Source: Tubulanus polymorphus (Eukaryota; Animalia; Nemertea). From it: a stretch of DNA of 64,000 bases. Below are positions 63,448-64,000 of the stretch, in pieces. The notes beneath the pieces were generated by a model. The model saw only the letters and a program-made list of their open reading frames with translations. It was not told where the DNA came from and ran no database searches. Location: assembly GCF_964204645.1 (NCBI RefSeq), contig NC_134033.1, forward strand, positions 10,548,655 through 10,612,654. The letters are read 5' to 3'. Position numbers and translations under genes: made by a program. Every line of letters begins with the position of its first letter. Positions within the stretch are counted from its first letter, which is position 1.

Positions 63448-64000
63448 TCGATATCGCAACTATAGTTCGAATTCGCGCGCTTTGTCCCGGTGAGAGTAGA
63501 ATTGTTGTTGTATTTATTGCCGAATTGGTGAAAATGTCAATAGACACCGAGCAGTTGTTTGGTACTTGAGATTAAACTTGTAATCGATATTTCTCGAGTA
63601 GGCTGTTTAAATAATTAGGCTCTCTCCTACACAGAGAGTAGTAGATCAGCTCAAACTGTTGTTAATTCGGCGAATTCGAACTTCTGTTTAATCGATATTG
63701 CGAACTGTTCGAAATGGCAACGACTTCCCTTAAGTACATTATCCACAGGGGTCAAAGGGGGTCGGTGAAAAACAAGCAGAATGATAAGTAATATAGGGCT
63801 ATATACAAACACAAATAGTAAGCGTTAAAATAGGTAATAAACAGCAAAAATGATTCTCTTCTGCATCCCGAAATGACGTCATCAAATCGATACTTATAGT
63901 AATATGATCAAAAACTCGTCAAGAAAAGATGGCTGTCCAAGATCCCCCTGTGACATCATCAAATCAGGTGTTTGGATGAAGTCATAGGGGGATATGAGGC

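Overview
This is eukaryotic, almost certainly invertebrate-metazoan, genomic DNA: roughly 40% GC by eye, CpG not depleted, many GA/CT tracts, microsatellites, MITEs and a tRNA-derived SINE. I find no recognisable intact protein-coding gene. The listed ORFs are explained by low-complexity or tandem repeats or look random. The window reads as a large intron or regulatory region, with two small + strand exon candidates carrying strong splice signals (8058-8117, 40245-40301). The most notable signal is a dispersed and locally tandem ~160-175 nt repeat whose unit carries a minimal type I hammerhead ribozyme (CUGAAGA..stem II..GAAAC-GUU, palindromic stem III), i.e. a Penelope-pLTR/non-LTR-retrozyme-like family. 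Arrays lie at 40.3-40.9 kb and 50.3-51.0 kb, relics at 13.4, 18.8 and 55.3 kb, and two diverged relatives at 44.0 and 47.1 kb. One array has collapsed to ~65-nt ribozyme-only units. Other content: PIF/Harbinger-like MITEs with CWG target sites whose TIR and subterminal motifs recur in several minisatellite arrays, a tRNA-Thr-like pseudogene, and several strong CTCF-consensus motifs. All coordinates were read by eye, and family assignments come from motif recognition, not database searches.
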